Shown here piece by piece: positions 11,776 to 24,638 of a stretch of 64,000 nucleotides of DNA. This DNA comes from Monodelphis domestica. Its lineage: Eukaryota. A program made the position numbers and the translations under genes. The DNA is taken from the NCBI RefSeq assembly GCF_027887165.1, contig NC_077227.1, positions 173,162,324-173,226,323 on the forward strand, in the 5' to 3' direction. The notes beneath the pieces were generated by a model, which saw only the letters and a program-made list of their open reading frames with translations, did no database searches and had not been told where the DNA came from. The stretch's first letter is position 1, and the number at the start of each line of letters is the position of its first letter.

Positions 11776-14647
11776 CTAAAATGACACACTGTCTTCAAAA
11801 AGATTATTCAAAATTAGCTTAAGAGAAAGAAGAGAAACAATAATAAATGTGAAAGAGACATTAAAGAATGTTTTTAGGAATAATGGTGCCTATCACATGT
11901 CTACAAGATTGGAATATTGTTCTATTCAACAGTTTCATTGTGTATTGATTTAATGAGTATAATCACCCATTCATTCAACAGAATTCACCTTATTGATGGT
12001 ATTCTTGACCATTGAGCACATGAATTTTCTGGCTACTTCCTGATATTCCTTCAGATTTGGTGAGAGAGTCACAGTCTTCACTGTATTATCATCCATTGGT
12101 TCCCAATGTTGAGGGATACTCATCTCTATAAAAAGTTGGAAGTATCTTTAGAATCTTAAGTGAAATTTGTAAGCTTTATTATTTTATACTGAAATGCTTT
12201 ACTTTTTTGTTTTTCTAATGCATTTATGTTCTATTTCATATTATAGTTATTTGTATGTGCAGCCTAATTTTGGCCATACCCACAGGGAACAGACACATTT
12301 GGGTGAAGGAACCTATTACCCAGATTCCCAAGTCCTACCTCAATACTGACCATAATCTTCAGGTTGAAGGGGTGGAAAAAGGGAACAAGAAGCCATCACA
12401 AGTACGAAGATGCAACATTCCAGAAAGGCACACCTGGAGCAATTTGCCAGGAGGAGCTAGTTCAAGTTGCCAGAGTTGAACCGAAATGAATGGCAGTGAT
12501 GGATGAGAGAAGGAGGCAGAAATGATCAAAGAGAAATCTGAATTGCTGTTGAAGTGTGAGCAAGGAAGAAAGACTGTGACATCCTTTTCTCTCTTCTCTT
12601 TCCCTGTCTCTAGGAGGGGTTCCAAATGTATTGTAGATAATTAAGACAAGTCATTCCTGCCAGGCTATTTGAAAGACTAGAAGAGGAGGGAACAAAGGGA
12701 GTGTATGGAGTGAACATTAGTGTATTATTCTCAATGTATTTCTGGCTAGTAGTAGAAAGTCCAAGTAGATGTTAAGTTTAATTAGCTTAATTAAATAGAT
12801 ACAGTTTCGCTCTCCCTTGACCCTTCCCCTTCCCAGTCTCTCACATAAGCCTTTGGTTGGTACTCTTTTGCACAGGTGGAGGGTATTGTATTAGTCTCCT
12901 ATGAATTGGGGAATTCATTTGTATCTTTGGGTCTCTGACTTAAGCACAATGTCCCTGTCCTTTGTACCATACACAATGAAGCTGTAACTGTTTGCATCTT
13001 ATCCTGGCCTCTCTAATTATTTGAGTGATTGAAGAGGCTGTCTTGACTTATCAAGACCCCACAAAATTCCCACTCCACGAAGGAGGGACTCGGGAAGTTC
13101 TAGTCTTTTTCTTAAATGTTCATTTTTATTTCTAAGTCGTTGATTATGATTTTTTTAAAAAAAGTTGACCAATAAACACCAAAATTGTTTATGTTTTATT
13201 TCATGTCCAAATATAGATAAGACCAAGGAGGAGTTTCTCTTTTACTAGACAACATCTGGTTTAATTAGGCTGAATTTAGAGATTGGAACTGGGAAAGAAG
13301 GTAAAGACAGAGACTGGTGTTAGATTTTCACAAGCCTTTATAATAGTATCCAAGACCAACATATCGCCAAATTGTTTTTTCTTGGGGAGGGAAAGGAGGC
13401 AGCAAGCCAGAAGCAATGAAAAGTAGGGAAATAAAATCACCTTTGCAGGGATTATAACTCAAGGCTCTCCTGCCATAGTTCAAGATGACTACTAGCTAAG
13501 AAGGGAGAGAGCCTCATCTGTTGTACATGTGCCTTAGACTAGTACCACCATAACAACTTAACTAAATTACTAGTGCCTACCCTTGCTCATGAGTACTCCT
13601 TGGTATGTATGTCACATCTCCCTACTTGAACAGGTGAAGTGAATTTCCCCCCCCCCCCAGCACCTAACACTGTGTTCTACACATATTTTGTGCTTAAAAA
13701 ACATTTCTTGAAAGATATCACCCCATGATGGCATTGATCCCCTCTGAAAATGAAGGACTAACAAGGACAATGGAATTGGTCAGCTGCCATTTTGTTCCCA
13801 AGATCCAAGGAGAATATTTTGTTACTGGAGTTATTCATTCCTAAACTCAAGAAGGCAATGGAAAAATGCGCAGGATAGTTTATCCGCATACTTGCCTTCA
13901 TGATATGCATTTGACTGATTTTATTACTTAGAGGAGTTTTATTTACCTTTGAGTTTCGGAAGCAGTCTGTTATCTGGAAGCACTCTATGTACAAAAGGTA
14001 TGGCCCTGGATATAACAAGCACTTGAGTAAATGTTTGTATAACTGAGTGACCACATTTATTTCTGAATTCTTAACAACTTAAAGGCAGAGTATTCTTTTA
14101 ATTATTCTTTTTTTTAGCCAGTTAATTGATTATTGGTGAAGAGGAAGTGCTTTATTAGACATCTTTGTTCAGAATTCTGATAAAAGACTAAGTGAGAAAA
14201 AAAGGTAATATTATTAACACAGCCTTCCTGTCTGTTAGTGATTGGTAAACTACAAATGTAAAAATCTATGCTACTATTAGTTGCAGTTTTGTTTCACTAT
14301 TCAGAGAATGTCCAGGGGGTAAAGGAGGGGAGTTGGTTGCTTTATTTAGGTATTTGAGGGAAAATGTTCAAATACAATGTGTTAGTAAAAATAAAACAAA
14401 ATAAAGAGGTTAAAATGATTGGCTAAAGTAAGTGCCTTGTGAAATATGAGTGTCCTTCAAATATTTATGTTTGTTCTCCCTTTATTAGCAATTAGAAAAT
14501 TGACTAGACAGAGCACTTTTGTGAAAAAATAGTATAGGATAAGCTAACAACTACCACCTCAACTTTATGATGTTCTAAGTTCCATAAACATCATCCAGTA
14601 TTCATATCAACTTACATAAATTACCATCTCTCCCCCCCACCCCCTAC

Positions 14648-14885
14648 CATGTGGTGCAGTGGATATAGTGCCCATGCTGGAGTCAGGAAGATGTGGGTTT
14701 AAATATTGTCCCAGATATTTACTAGTTGTATGACCCTGGGCAAGTCACTTAATGTCCATTTGCTTCAGTTTCTTCATCTGTAAAATGAGCTGGAGAAAGA
14801 AATGGCAAACCATTCTAGTATCTTTGCCAAGAAAAACCCAAAAGGGGTCACAAATCAGATGTGACTAAATGAACTTAACTCATTC
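14648..14885 (+). mobile_element. SINE of the second family (same as 7044-7310).
   Basis: catgtggtgcagtggatatagtgcccatgctggagtcaggaagatgtgggtttaaatattgtccc...aaatggcaaaccattctagtatctttgccaagaaaaacccaaaaggggtcacaaatcagatgtgactaaatgaact. Confidence 0.85.
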
Positions 14886-15011
14886 CTATTTAAGAGGAAT
14901 TCATTGAGGATAATAAAATTTGGGAAGGAATAAGAACCTAAAGAGAGAGAGACAAAGTTAAGTAACCCTGCTTAAGTAAGAAATAACAATTAAAAGGAAG
15001 ACAAACTTACC

Positions 15012-15535
15012 CCATATGCAGATGTTACGCTTTATATTAAATATTTTTCCGGTGTCTGGCACCAAACCTTTCCTCTTCTTCAAGGAAACTTGGGCTCTTC
15101 TAGAATCCAACATGATTTCAGCAGTCTCCTCTTCCTTCCTATAGGCTTCTTCCAGCTTTAGGTTTGTGGTTTTGTCAAATGGGGAAAGTTCTGTGTTCCC
15201 AAAGTCATACTGCCACTGAACCACTGATTTCAGGGCTTCTGCTCTATCTGTGTCCTGAGCTTCCTGGATGAGAGCTTGGACAGCAGTGGCAGCTTTCCTC
15301 ACATCTTCCTGGAAGCCCTGGATCTGTAAGAGTTTCCCATGTCGCTGCAGATTGAGGGGGAAATAGTACGCCCGATCCAAGACCTCTTGAAGGCAGTCTT
15401 CACTGAGAGTGACTATTTTATCACTATTGAATGTTTCACTATAATATCCATTTATAAAGTCATCAAAAACTTCCTGAAATTTGTTTAAATTCACCTCCCT
15501 ACCCAATACCTGAACTAGTCCTATTGAAGTGTCAC
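15012..15535 (-). CDS. PARP14: WWE-domain exon of the PARP14-like gene, including the linker just upstream of the WWE domain.
   Basis: The translation contains ...DRAEALKSVVQWQYDFGNTELSPFDKTTNLKLEEAYRKEEETAEIMLDSRRAQVSLKKRKGLVPDTGKIFNIKRN. The WWE signature WQY...TNLKLE matches the human PARP14 WWE (EFIEWQYNDNN...MTNLKLEDARREKK). The acceptor is tctcttttctctgttctcag|GT at 15536-15555. The donor is TGGG|GTAAGT at 15006-15014. Confidence 0.75.
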
Positions 15536-15799
15536 CTGAGAACAGAGAAAAGAGATTCATGAGTCAGATACCTCTGATTCTTGAAAAGGAACCTAACTCC
15601 ACGCTGCCTGTCAAGGGACTGGAATAATGGGATATATAAAGAAAAATCAAAAGAAATGAAATTGCTTAGTCTGAAAAAGGTTGAATAATTACCTCCAATT
15701 TCTGAAGAACTAGCATATAGAAAATGGGGAGTAACTATTTTCTCATTTAATTTATATCAGAAAAGCAATGAATTATACTAGAACTTTAGCAAAAAACTA

Positions 15800-16520
15800 G
15801 TCATATCAGAAACAAAAGGAGAATTTTTGTAGTTCTCAGAAAGAGGTCTCATATCTAAAACATACAGAGAACTTTATCAAATTTATAAGAATATGAGCCA
15901 TTACCCAATTGATAAATGTTAAAAAAATATGAACAGTTTTTGGATGAAGAAATCGAAGCTACATATACCTATGAAAAAATTCTCTAAATCATTATTAATT
16001 AGAGAAATGCACATCAAAACAACTCTGATATATCTCACACCTACCAGATTGATTAAAATGATAAAAGGGCAAAACAACAGATGTTGGGGGTTGGGGGGGG
16101 AATGAGGCAATTAATATACTATTGGTAGAACTATGAAGTGATCCAACCATTTTGGAGAATAATCTGGAGTTATGCCCAATGAGTTATAAAACTGTGTAAA
16201 CCTTTTAACTTTGCAATACTATTAGATTTATTTCCTAAAGTGATCAGGGAAAAAAGGAAAAGAACCTATATATTCTAAAATATTATATGGCAGCTCTCTT
16301 TGTGGTGGCAAAGACCTGGAAATTGAAGAAATGCCTATCAACTGGGAAATGGTCAAACAAGTTGAGGCATATATGATTGTGATGGAATACTACAGTACCA
16401 AAAAAAAAAGAAATGATGGAAAAGTTAATTTTAAAAAACATGGAAAGACCAACATGGAATTTTGAAGAGTAAAATGAGCAGAACCAAGAGAACATTATAT
16501 ACAGCAACAGAAATGTTGTT
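15800..16520 (+). mobile_element. Old decayed L1 ORF2 C-terminal fragment.
   Basis: Sense-strand similarity to ...HMKKFSKSLLIREMHIKTTLIYLTPTRLIKMIKGQNNRCWGLGGE...ELWSDPTILENNLELCPMSYKTV. Confidence 0.7.
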
Positions 16521-16536
16521 TGAAGAATGACTTGTG

Positions 16537-16753
16537 GGGGGCAGCTAGGTGGCTCAGTGGATTGAGAGCCAAGCCCAGGGATTAGAAGCCCTGGGTTCCA
16601 ATGTGGCCTCAGACACTTCCTAGCTTTGTGACCCTGGGCAAGTCACTTAACCCCTCATTGCTTAGCCTTTACCAATTTTCTGCCTTAGAATCAATACATA
16701 GTATTGTACATAGTATTGATTCAAAAGTAGAAGGTAAGGGTTTAAAAAGAAAA
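16537..16753 (+). mobile_element. Marsupial tRNA-derived SINE with a target-site duplication.
   Basis: Target-site duplication aagaatgacttgtg at 16523-16536 and 16754-16767. Internal duplication acatagtattgtacatagtattgat. Confidence 0.9.
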
Positions 16754-18909
16754 AAGAATGACTTGTGTATGTCCATCTTCAGGGAAGGAACTGATAAAAT
16801 AGAAATAAGGCATAGTTTTATATATACATATATCTTTCTCTCAAATGCCACACCTTCTCTAATGCAGGGAGGAGAGATGAGGGAGCAAGCTACCTGGGAG
16901 TTTTAATATAATAAACAAATAGATAAATACATTTTTTAAAAGGAGGATTAAAAGACTAGATCTCTATTTTCCCCCATTTCCTCCTCCTTTTCTGTTCACA
17001 TACTGGGCTTCTAATAGTACCCATGGATATTGCCTACTACTACTAATGGCATTCTACTTAGCCTACCTAAGACAAGATGACTTGTAGAAGTCCTCAACTT
17101 TATTACTTTTTAAAAAATGACATTAAATGAACATATGGAGAATTATGGAGGGATGATAGTAAGGAAATGCTATAAAAGGTTGTTGTATTTTTTTAACTTT
17201 TTAAAAAAATTGACAAGATGGGATTTCTACTTATTCAAAAACTTCTTATACACAAAATTGCTATATGCAAGAATTTCCATGTGCTCAAGGAACCCTAGGA
17301 ATAGTTATGGAACATATCTATAAGATATTGCTATCTGGCATATTTATCAATAAGTTACTTGTTTGAATAAGACTGAGGACATAGGAATTGAACTAGATGA
17401 CATCTAAGATCCTTACAGCAATAGTGATAAAAATGTGAAATCTAATTTGGAGACTACTACTTGCTCTCTCTTTCCACTAATATCGCTGCCTGATGAAGCA
17501 TCAGTTAGCATGACTAGTCATCAATAGCTTAATTAAAAGCAGCTGGTGATAAGATTAGCTAGGGTGCAGGGCCTGGAGACAGAAAAACCTAATTCAAATA
17601 TGACCTCAGATCTGTGTTCCTGGGCAACTCACATAACCTCTGTTTCAGTTTTTTCAACTACAAACTATAAAATGGGACAAATAATAACATTTAGTTTGCA
17701 GAGTTGTTGAAAGGATCAAATGAGATAATATTTATAAAAAGTATTTAACATAGTGTCTGGCACACAGTTAGCACTATATAAATGCTTATTCCCTTCTCTG
17801 CTTGTTATATCATGACTCATTGGCTTGATTGACAGCTCAGTCAGCTAATAATAATGATCCTCCTCTTCCTTCTCCCCTTTCTGTCTCTCCTATTCTTTGG
17901 TTCCTTCTACTGTTTCAACACTAAAAGAAGTCACAGAGCAATATTCAAAGGATAATGTGTATCACTGCTCTGAAAATATTGAGCAACCACAAACACTACA
18001 GTATCTTGAAACTGCTGTTTAATATGTCTCTTGCTATTTTGACAGTAATAGGGAAGAAGATACTTATAGCTAGAGTACTGGTATCTCTGAATGGGACAAT
18101 GTCCTCAAATCCTTGGGCATCTGAAGACAAAAGAAAAATAATTCAGCTATTCAATGGAGATCCCAGGGAACAGGACAAGCATCTCCTCACCCTTACCAAG
18201 AGTAAAATGCTCTTTTCTGTATCTTCTGAGAACCCTCAGGAGTTCATGGGCAGATGCCTAATAAAAAGAAAGAATAAGAAACCTACTAAATACAATAGTA
18301 TATGACATCCCTCAGAGGACTCTGAGAAGATCTTTCTTTTGACTACTTCATATGATTCTGAATTTCAGAATCCTATAAACTATTCCTCCATTTTCCATTT
18401 AGAAAGCTCATTTTTTTTCCCTTCTCTAATGTAAAAGGAAAGCTAATTCAATTAAAAGATGAAGAAATTAAAGGATATTTGAATAGAATGCCGACATATT
18501 ACCAATAATGCAGTCTAGATAGATTGGGATTAGATAGGGATAGATTGGGATCCTTCCCCTAGAGGGAAGATGGGGAATAGGAACATAAAAACAGAATGAC
18601 TGATGAATCCATTAAGAGCAATCTTTAACTGCTGCTCACCTTTATGTTTATCCCTATTTGGTGATAATTAGTGTATTAAAAAGTAGCTAGGTTCTGCTTA
18701 TCCCAATTTGTAGGTTTCTGCTCCCTCTGTCTACCTAGTACTTTAAAAAATTATTCAACCTAACTACCAGGGCATTCAGAATCAGTCTGTACAACTTTGG
18801 GGAGAATTGGTGATCTCAGATTATTTCATGTTCTACTTTCCTTCCTGGAGCCAAAGCCAAGATTGAAGTCCAGTCCAATCACTTATCAGGATCAAAAATA
18901 TCTATTTAA

Positions 18910-19084
18910 GGGGGCAGCTGGGTGGCTCAGTGGATTGAGAGCCAGGCCTAGAGACGGGAGATCGTAGGTTCAAATCTGGCCTCAGACACTTCCTAGCTGT
19001 GTGACCCTGGGCAAGTCACTTGACCCCCAACCATTGCCTAGCCCTTACTTGACTCCAAGATGGAAGGTAAGGGTTTAAAAAAAA
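18910..19084 (+). mobile_element. Marsupial tRNA-derived SINE with a target-site duplication.
   Basis: Flanked by atctatttaa on both sides (18899-18909 and 19085-19094). Confidence 0.85.
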
Positions 19085-20340
19085 TCTATTTAAAAATATA
19101 ATTGGAGAAACACTAGAATATGTTTCAATAATATCAAAGGTAAGGCAAAGGTATCTGAAGTTTCTATTATTATTTTATAGAAAGCTAGAAATTTTATCTA
19201 TAAGAATTAGACAAGAAAACAAAATCAAAAGAATAAACAGATATAGAAGAAGCTAAACTATCTATATTCACAAAAATATATATGATCATCAAATTAGAGA
19301 ACCTTGGTTATTGAGAATTTTTAAATTATCTGAAACAATAGCATCAATTAAGTAGCAGGTTTTAAAATATATTAATAATAAACCCCATTACTAGTTAGCC
19401 GAGTTTGAAGCAGTCCCCATATCTTAAAATTCTGGACTAGCCTAGTAGAACCACTAAATGGCATCTAAATAAGTATTATCACATAGAAGATACCATTCAG
19501 GGTCCATTGAAAAGAGCAAAAATAAGTGGACCAAAAATGTGGTGGTTAGATATCAGGAAGAATATTTTTATAGTGACTGCATTGGGTGACTCTTATGAAA
19601 TGGATAGGCAATGGATATATAGATCTATACAAAGAAACTATACTCAAACATGGGAAAATCATCCCAAGAACAGATGAGAAAAGTTAGAAGGATAAAGGAA
19701 GATTGTTAAGCCAATGAGAGATAAATAGGTCAGTGAAGATTGTTTCCCAGTATGTCAACAAGTAGGACATAAACTCAAAATCCAGGACATTCTGTTATAA
19801 TGTAGGACTTGATCATAGAATCTTTAAAGTAAAAGCAACTTTAGGAATAATTTATTCTAACTTTCTTCCTAATACTTCAACATTGAAAGTTATTCAATAT
19901 CAACATTTGTATTATTATTTGCATATAGGTATGCCCTACTTTATTGTACTTTGATTTACAGCACTTTGCAGATATTATGTTTTTTGCAAAGTGAAGGTAT
20001 GCAAATAAAAAGTTGCATTGAGCAAGTCTATCAGTACTATTTCCCCAACAATATATGTTCACATCATGCCTGTGTCACATTTTGGTAATTCTTGCCAATA
20101 TTTCAAACTTTTCCATTATTATTAGGTCTGTTATGGTGATCCATGATCAGTGATCTTTGATGTTACTATTATAATTATTTTGGGGTGCCACAAACTAGGC
20201 CCGTATAAGACAGCAAATCTAATCAACAAATATGTATTCTGACTATTCCTCCAACCTTTTGTTCCCTATCTTTCTCCCTCTCTTCATGACTCCCTATTCC
20301 CTGAGATAGAACAATACTGAAATTAGACCAGTTTATAACC

Positions 20341-20486
20341 CTACAATGGCATCTAAGTGTTCAAGTAAAAGGAAGACTCAACTGATGAGGCAAACTTCAT
20401 TGTTGTCTTATTTTAAGAAAATGTCACAGCAACCTCAGTCTTCAGCAACCACCATCCCAATCAGAGAGCAGCCATCAACATCTAGG
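20341..20486 (+). other. Exon-like short ORF with a good Kozak context and a consensus splice donor. It encodes a basic N-terminus with a PIP-box-like motif. It may be a chance ORF.
   Basis: acaATGGca. The ORF reads MASKCSSKRKTQLMRQTSLLSYFKKMSQQPQSSATTIPIREQPSTS. QTSLLSYF fits the PIP-box pattern Q-x-x-L-x-x-Y-F. It ends at CTAG|GTAAGA. Confidence 0.15.
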
Positions 20487-21007
20487 TAAGACCCTCTATC
20501 AGCAAAAAGATAATGACTCACTGAAGGCTCAGATAATAGTTAGCATTTTTTTTAGCAATAAAAGATTTTAAATTAAGCTATGTACATTGTTTTTAGACAT
20601 AATACTACTGTACGCTTAATAGATTACAACATAGTGTAAACATAACTTTTATATGCCCTGGAAAACCAAAAATTTCATGTGATTTGCTTTATTTCAAAGG
20701 TCTGGAACCAAACCTAAAATATCTCCAAGGCATGCCTGTACATGTATATATTTTACTAGATTATAATCTCCTTGAAGAAAAGGACCAGATTTGAATTTCC
20801 TCCATTCTTCAGAACAGTGTTATATGTATTAAGCATTTAAATGTTTAATGAATGAGTGAACCCTAAAAAGAGGATAAAGAAAGCTGAGTATCTACTTTAG
20901 AGTCCTCTTGGAAGAGGCATTTTTCTAGTCTTAGAATGAGGAGAAAAAAAAAGAGTCCTCAAGTTCCCTTTCAATTATATAATTTCATCAAGAATTAATG
21001 ACTCTTA

Positions 21008-22396
21008 CCAATTCACTCTCCTCTCTATAGGCTGAGACGTCAGAGAGCAAAGCATTTGTGGTTTCCTCTGGAACTTGCATCTTCACCAAACACTGGAGTT
21101 CTTTAGCAAATGTGAGAAGAACTGTAGCTCCAATCCTCGAAAGGTATTGTTGTACTTCTCTGTGCCTTATGGGGATGGTTCTCAAAACCAATGAATCTAA
21201 ATCAGTTTGAACAACTCCTCTGGCTTCTTTTACATATCTTCTTGGTCCTCTTAATATCAAGGTTAAAGTAGAATGGTTGGCCTCAATCCAAACATTCACT
21301 TTTAAGTCTCCCCAGTTCATTATCTGAAGCAGGTTTTCTCTGGCTTCAGCTAGCTCTGGTCGGGGGAAAATAACTCTGTCCTCAGCTGCTGAATAAGTCA
21401 TCAAATATTCCCTAATATTGGTCTCTGCCTCAGCTACTTCAACTTTAGTTCCTACTATGACCACAGAAGTCAAGATATTTTGCTGGGATTTGACACTATA
21501 AAAAGTGACTTTATTTTTACTTCTTGGTGCTATGAGTAGAGCCTTCCATTCTAAGCCACTGGCTGCCCACTGAACCTCTTCTGCTATATCAATCCTCCTT
21601 TCACAAACCAGATTCTTTAGTAATTCTTCTGCCTGTACCAATTCTCCACAGTCAAGCCCTAAAATCCTAACTCCGTCAGAAGTGCTCAGTACTGCTAAAA
21701 TATCTTGAGCAAGGAAAAAGTTTTCATTAAAGAATTCTTCACCCTGGCTCTGGATAAATTGTACTTGGAACGGAGAAAGCAGGACTGGCCAATCCTTAAA
21801 ACCACTCAAAAGACTATAAAATTGCCTCTCTACCTCAAGCACATTCTGTTGAGGCCCCTGAAAAGTGATCATGCCTAAAGGATCTTCTCCTAAGGCTATG
21901 GTCACTGGAGAGTGGGGAAGAAGTAGCTTGTTTATTGTTTTTTTGACCACTGTATATCTAGGCAGATGGAGAATGGGATGTTCCACACACACTAGTTTTT
22001 CATTAAAAGCCATTTCTTGAACACATTGTATAAACATCTTTACTTCCTCAGTTGGCCCCACAAAGCAAGGACCTTCATATTCTTGTATATTTGCAAATGA
22101 CTTCACTAGTGATTGCTGATTCTTCAGAACATTTAAAATATCCGAGTTGGACTCATAGTAGACAACATATCTCTTTTTATTTTTCTGAAAGGCATACTCT
22201 ACAGCTTTCTCCCAGTTAGATGGATATATGTTTCCTCCTTCTGCTATAAATTTAAGCACTCCCGAAGAAACACATGTTTGGAGAACACAGCCTATCTTCC
22301 TTAAATGACCTTCAAACTCTTGAAAAACAGCTGGGAAGTCATTGAGGTACCGGATGAAAGCACAATCTTCTTTCTGACAGAGACCAACGATGGCCT
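21008..22396 (-). CDS. PARP14: Large internal exon of the PARP14-like gene encoding the KH-like repeat region that lies upstream of the macrodomains in PARP14.
   Basis: The open frame is about 1.38 kb (about 460 codons with no stop) in an AT-rich genome. Segments FLAQDILAVLSTSDGVRILGLDCGELVQAEELL, VQFIQSQGEEFF and ELQCLVKMQVPEE align in order to the human PARP14 segments FIAQKILALYELEGTTVLLTSCSSEALLEAEKQM, FQFLQQVNWKEF and ELQENEV. The donor is GAATTG|GTAAGA at 21002-21010. The acceptor is either cctccttttttctag|AG at 22397 or tctctgtcag|AAA at 22374. Confidence 0.75.
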
Positions 22397-23435
22397 CTAG
22401 AAAAAAGGAGGACAGGGTTGATCAACAAGATTTAAGTAAAAATCTTTTCTAAGTCTTCTCCTTTCTCATTTATAATATTTTGTGGAGAAGTCAGTGGACC
22501 TGTGGACATGAAGCTAGGTGGTATGAAGGATGGAGTGCTAGACTTAGACCCAAAACAAACTTTGTTCAAATCCTGCCTCAGATACCTACTGTATAGAACG
22601 TCCTGAGCAAGTTGCTTCACTTTTCTCAGCTATGCTATACTTGTTTACAAAATAGTGATAGTACAACACAATATTATTTGATCTAAAGTGAAAAAATTTT
22701 TGCAAAGCCCTTAGCAGAGTATCTGAAACACAGTAGGTGCTAGTTATTCCCTTATCTACTTAATAGGGTTCTTGTGAAGATTAAATGAGTTAACAAAGGT
22801 GAAGCACTGTAAAAGTACTTTATAAAGCTTTAAAATGTTATATAAAGATAGCTATTATCATTATTATTATTAATAAATTGAGGGGGTTGGACTTGATAAT
22901 CTCTTGAAGTCTTTTCTATCTCAGAAATCTGTGATCCCCTGGACACCTTCCTTCTCCTTGATACTGTTGATGTCCTTGGCTTCCATGACACTACTCTTCT
23001 GAGCCTCCTCTTTTGTTGGTATTAATCTGTACCCTCTCCCTTGCTCATACTTTTTCTTCATTATGAAAACCAAATGTGGGTGCTCCTCAAGGCTTTGTCC
23101 ATAGTCCTCTTTTTAAATACTCTTTTTCTCTGAGAATTCATCTATTGCCACTGTCTTCAATGACTACCTCTTTGCAAAAGGCTTCCAAATCTATTTTCAC
23201 ACCTGTTCCAAACTTACCTGCAAACTTTTTAAAGCTCCTCATTTTCTGCTCCTATTTTGCCCATCCAACTAATTCCCAACCTGAATCCTCCTTTCTCATT
23301 AAGTACATCTCCCTGCCATATAAAGACACCATGATGATTTAAGGCCCTTTGTCTTTACCTTTCCATTAACCTACAATCTCCTATCTACAACTTCTTTGTT
23401 TGGTCAAATTCTACCCGATTAAAGACTCAAATCAG

Positions 23436-23580
23436 GCTTGGAGTAAGGAGGACTTGGGTTCAAATTTGGCCACAAACACTTCCCAACTGGGTGATTTTGG
23501 ACAAGTCACTTATTTCCAAGTGCTACTCTTTTGTCTTAGAACTGATACTAAGGCAGAAGCTAAGGGTTAAAAAAAAAAAC
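23436..23580 (+). mobile_element. Partial SINE (3' half with poly-A).
   Basis: ggacttgggttcaaatttggccacaaacacttcccaactgggtgattttggacaagtcacttatttcc...aagggttaaaaaaaaaaac. Confidence 0.6.
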
Positions 23581-24218
23581 TCAATCAAATATCAACTCTT
23601 CCATCGAACTCCCAATGATCTCTCTTCTCTGAATTGTACTTATTATCTATACCATGCCCTTAGCATTAATTTTAGATATACATTACTGAATATATATGAT
23701 TATATATATACACACATATATTTGTTTCTTTTTATGTGTATATATGCATATATATGTGCATACACAACAGAGACTAAGACTATGATTTCTCCTTTTCTTT
23801 TGATTTAATTTTACTATTTCCAATAACAAGCATTTATTTTCCCTTGTACTTTTGATTTCATTGGTATGAGGATACCAAGATAAGCAAACTCCCTTTACTG
23901 GTGGGATTAGGAAGAAGTAGGCTGTGAATGACTACAATGATAAATTTGTTATATCAGATAAAGACTTTTGAAGAATGGCAATGTTTGTGAATGAGAAGAT
24001 GCTTGAACTCTCTGGAAAGCTGGGTAACTTCAACTCTATGATATTCCTAGACAGTATATCTTACCAGGAGGAGTCTTGAAATTTTCAGTCATCTGAAACA
24101 GAAAGATGGACAAAACTTGACATATTTAAAAATATTGAGATCAAGCAAACAAAAGAAACCACACCATTTATAAACATGAAAGCACTGCAGCTTTGTACAT
24201 TTTTTTCTAGAAGGGTCC

Positions 24219-24420
24219 TTTAAAAAAAAAAACCCTTAGCTTTCATCTTAGAATCAACAGTGTGTATTGGTTCTAAGGCAGAGAGTGTAAAGGCTAGGTA
24301 GTGTGGGTTAAATGACTTGTCCAGGGTCACACAGCTAGGAAGTATCTGAAGCCAGATTTGAACCCAGAACCTCTCATCTATAGGCCTGGCTCTCAATCCA
24401 CTGAGATACCCAGCTGCCCT
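24219..24420 (-). mobile_element. Marsupial tRNA-derived SINE with a target-site duplication.
   Basis: Target-site duplication ctagaagggtc at 24207-24217 and 24421-24431. Confidence 0.9.
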
Positions 24421-24510
24421 CTAGAAGGGTCTAAGGATGTTTGAATTTGGCTGTTTTAGCACTTTACCTCTAAAGAGCAAAACAACCCCTACAACCCCAC
24501 CCCCTTTCCC

Positions 24511-24638
<128 letters not shown>

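Noticed and set aside
17955-18305. 116-aa plus-strand ORF preceded by a long polypyrimidine tract.
   Set aside because: I considered it as a possible missing exon of the PARP14-like gene. It is on the wrong strand, and its translation (MCITALKILSNHKHYSILK...) has no macrodomain or other recognisable motif.
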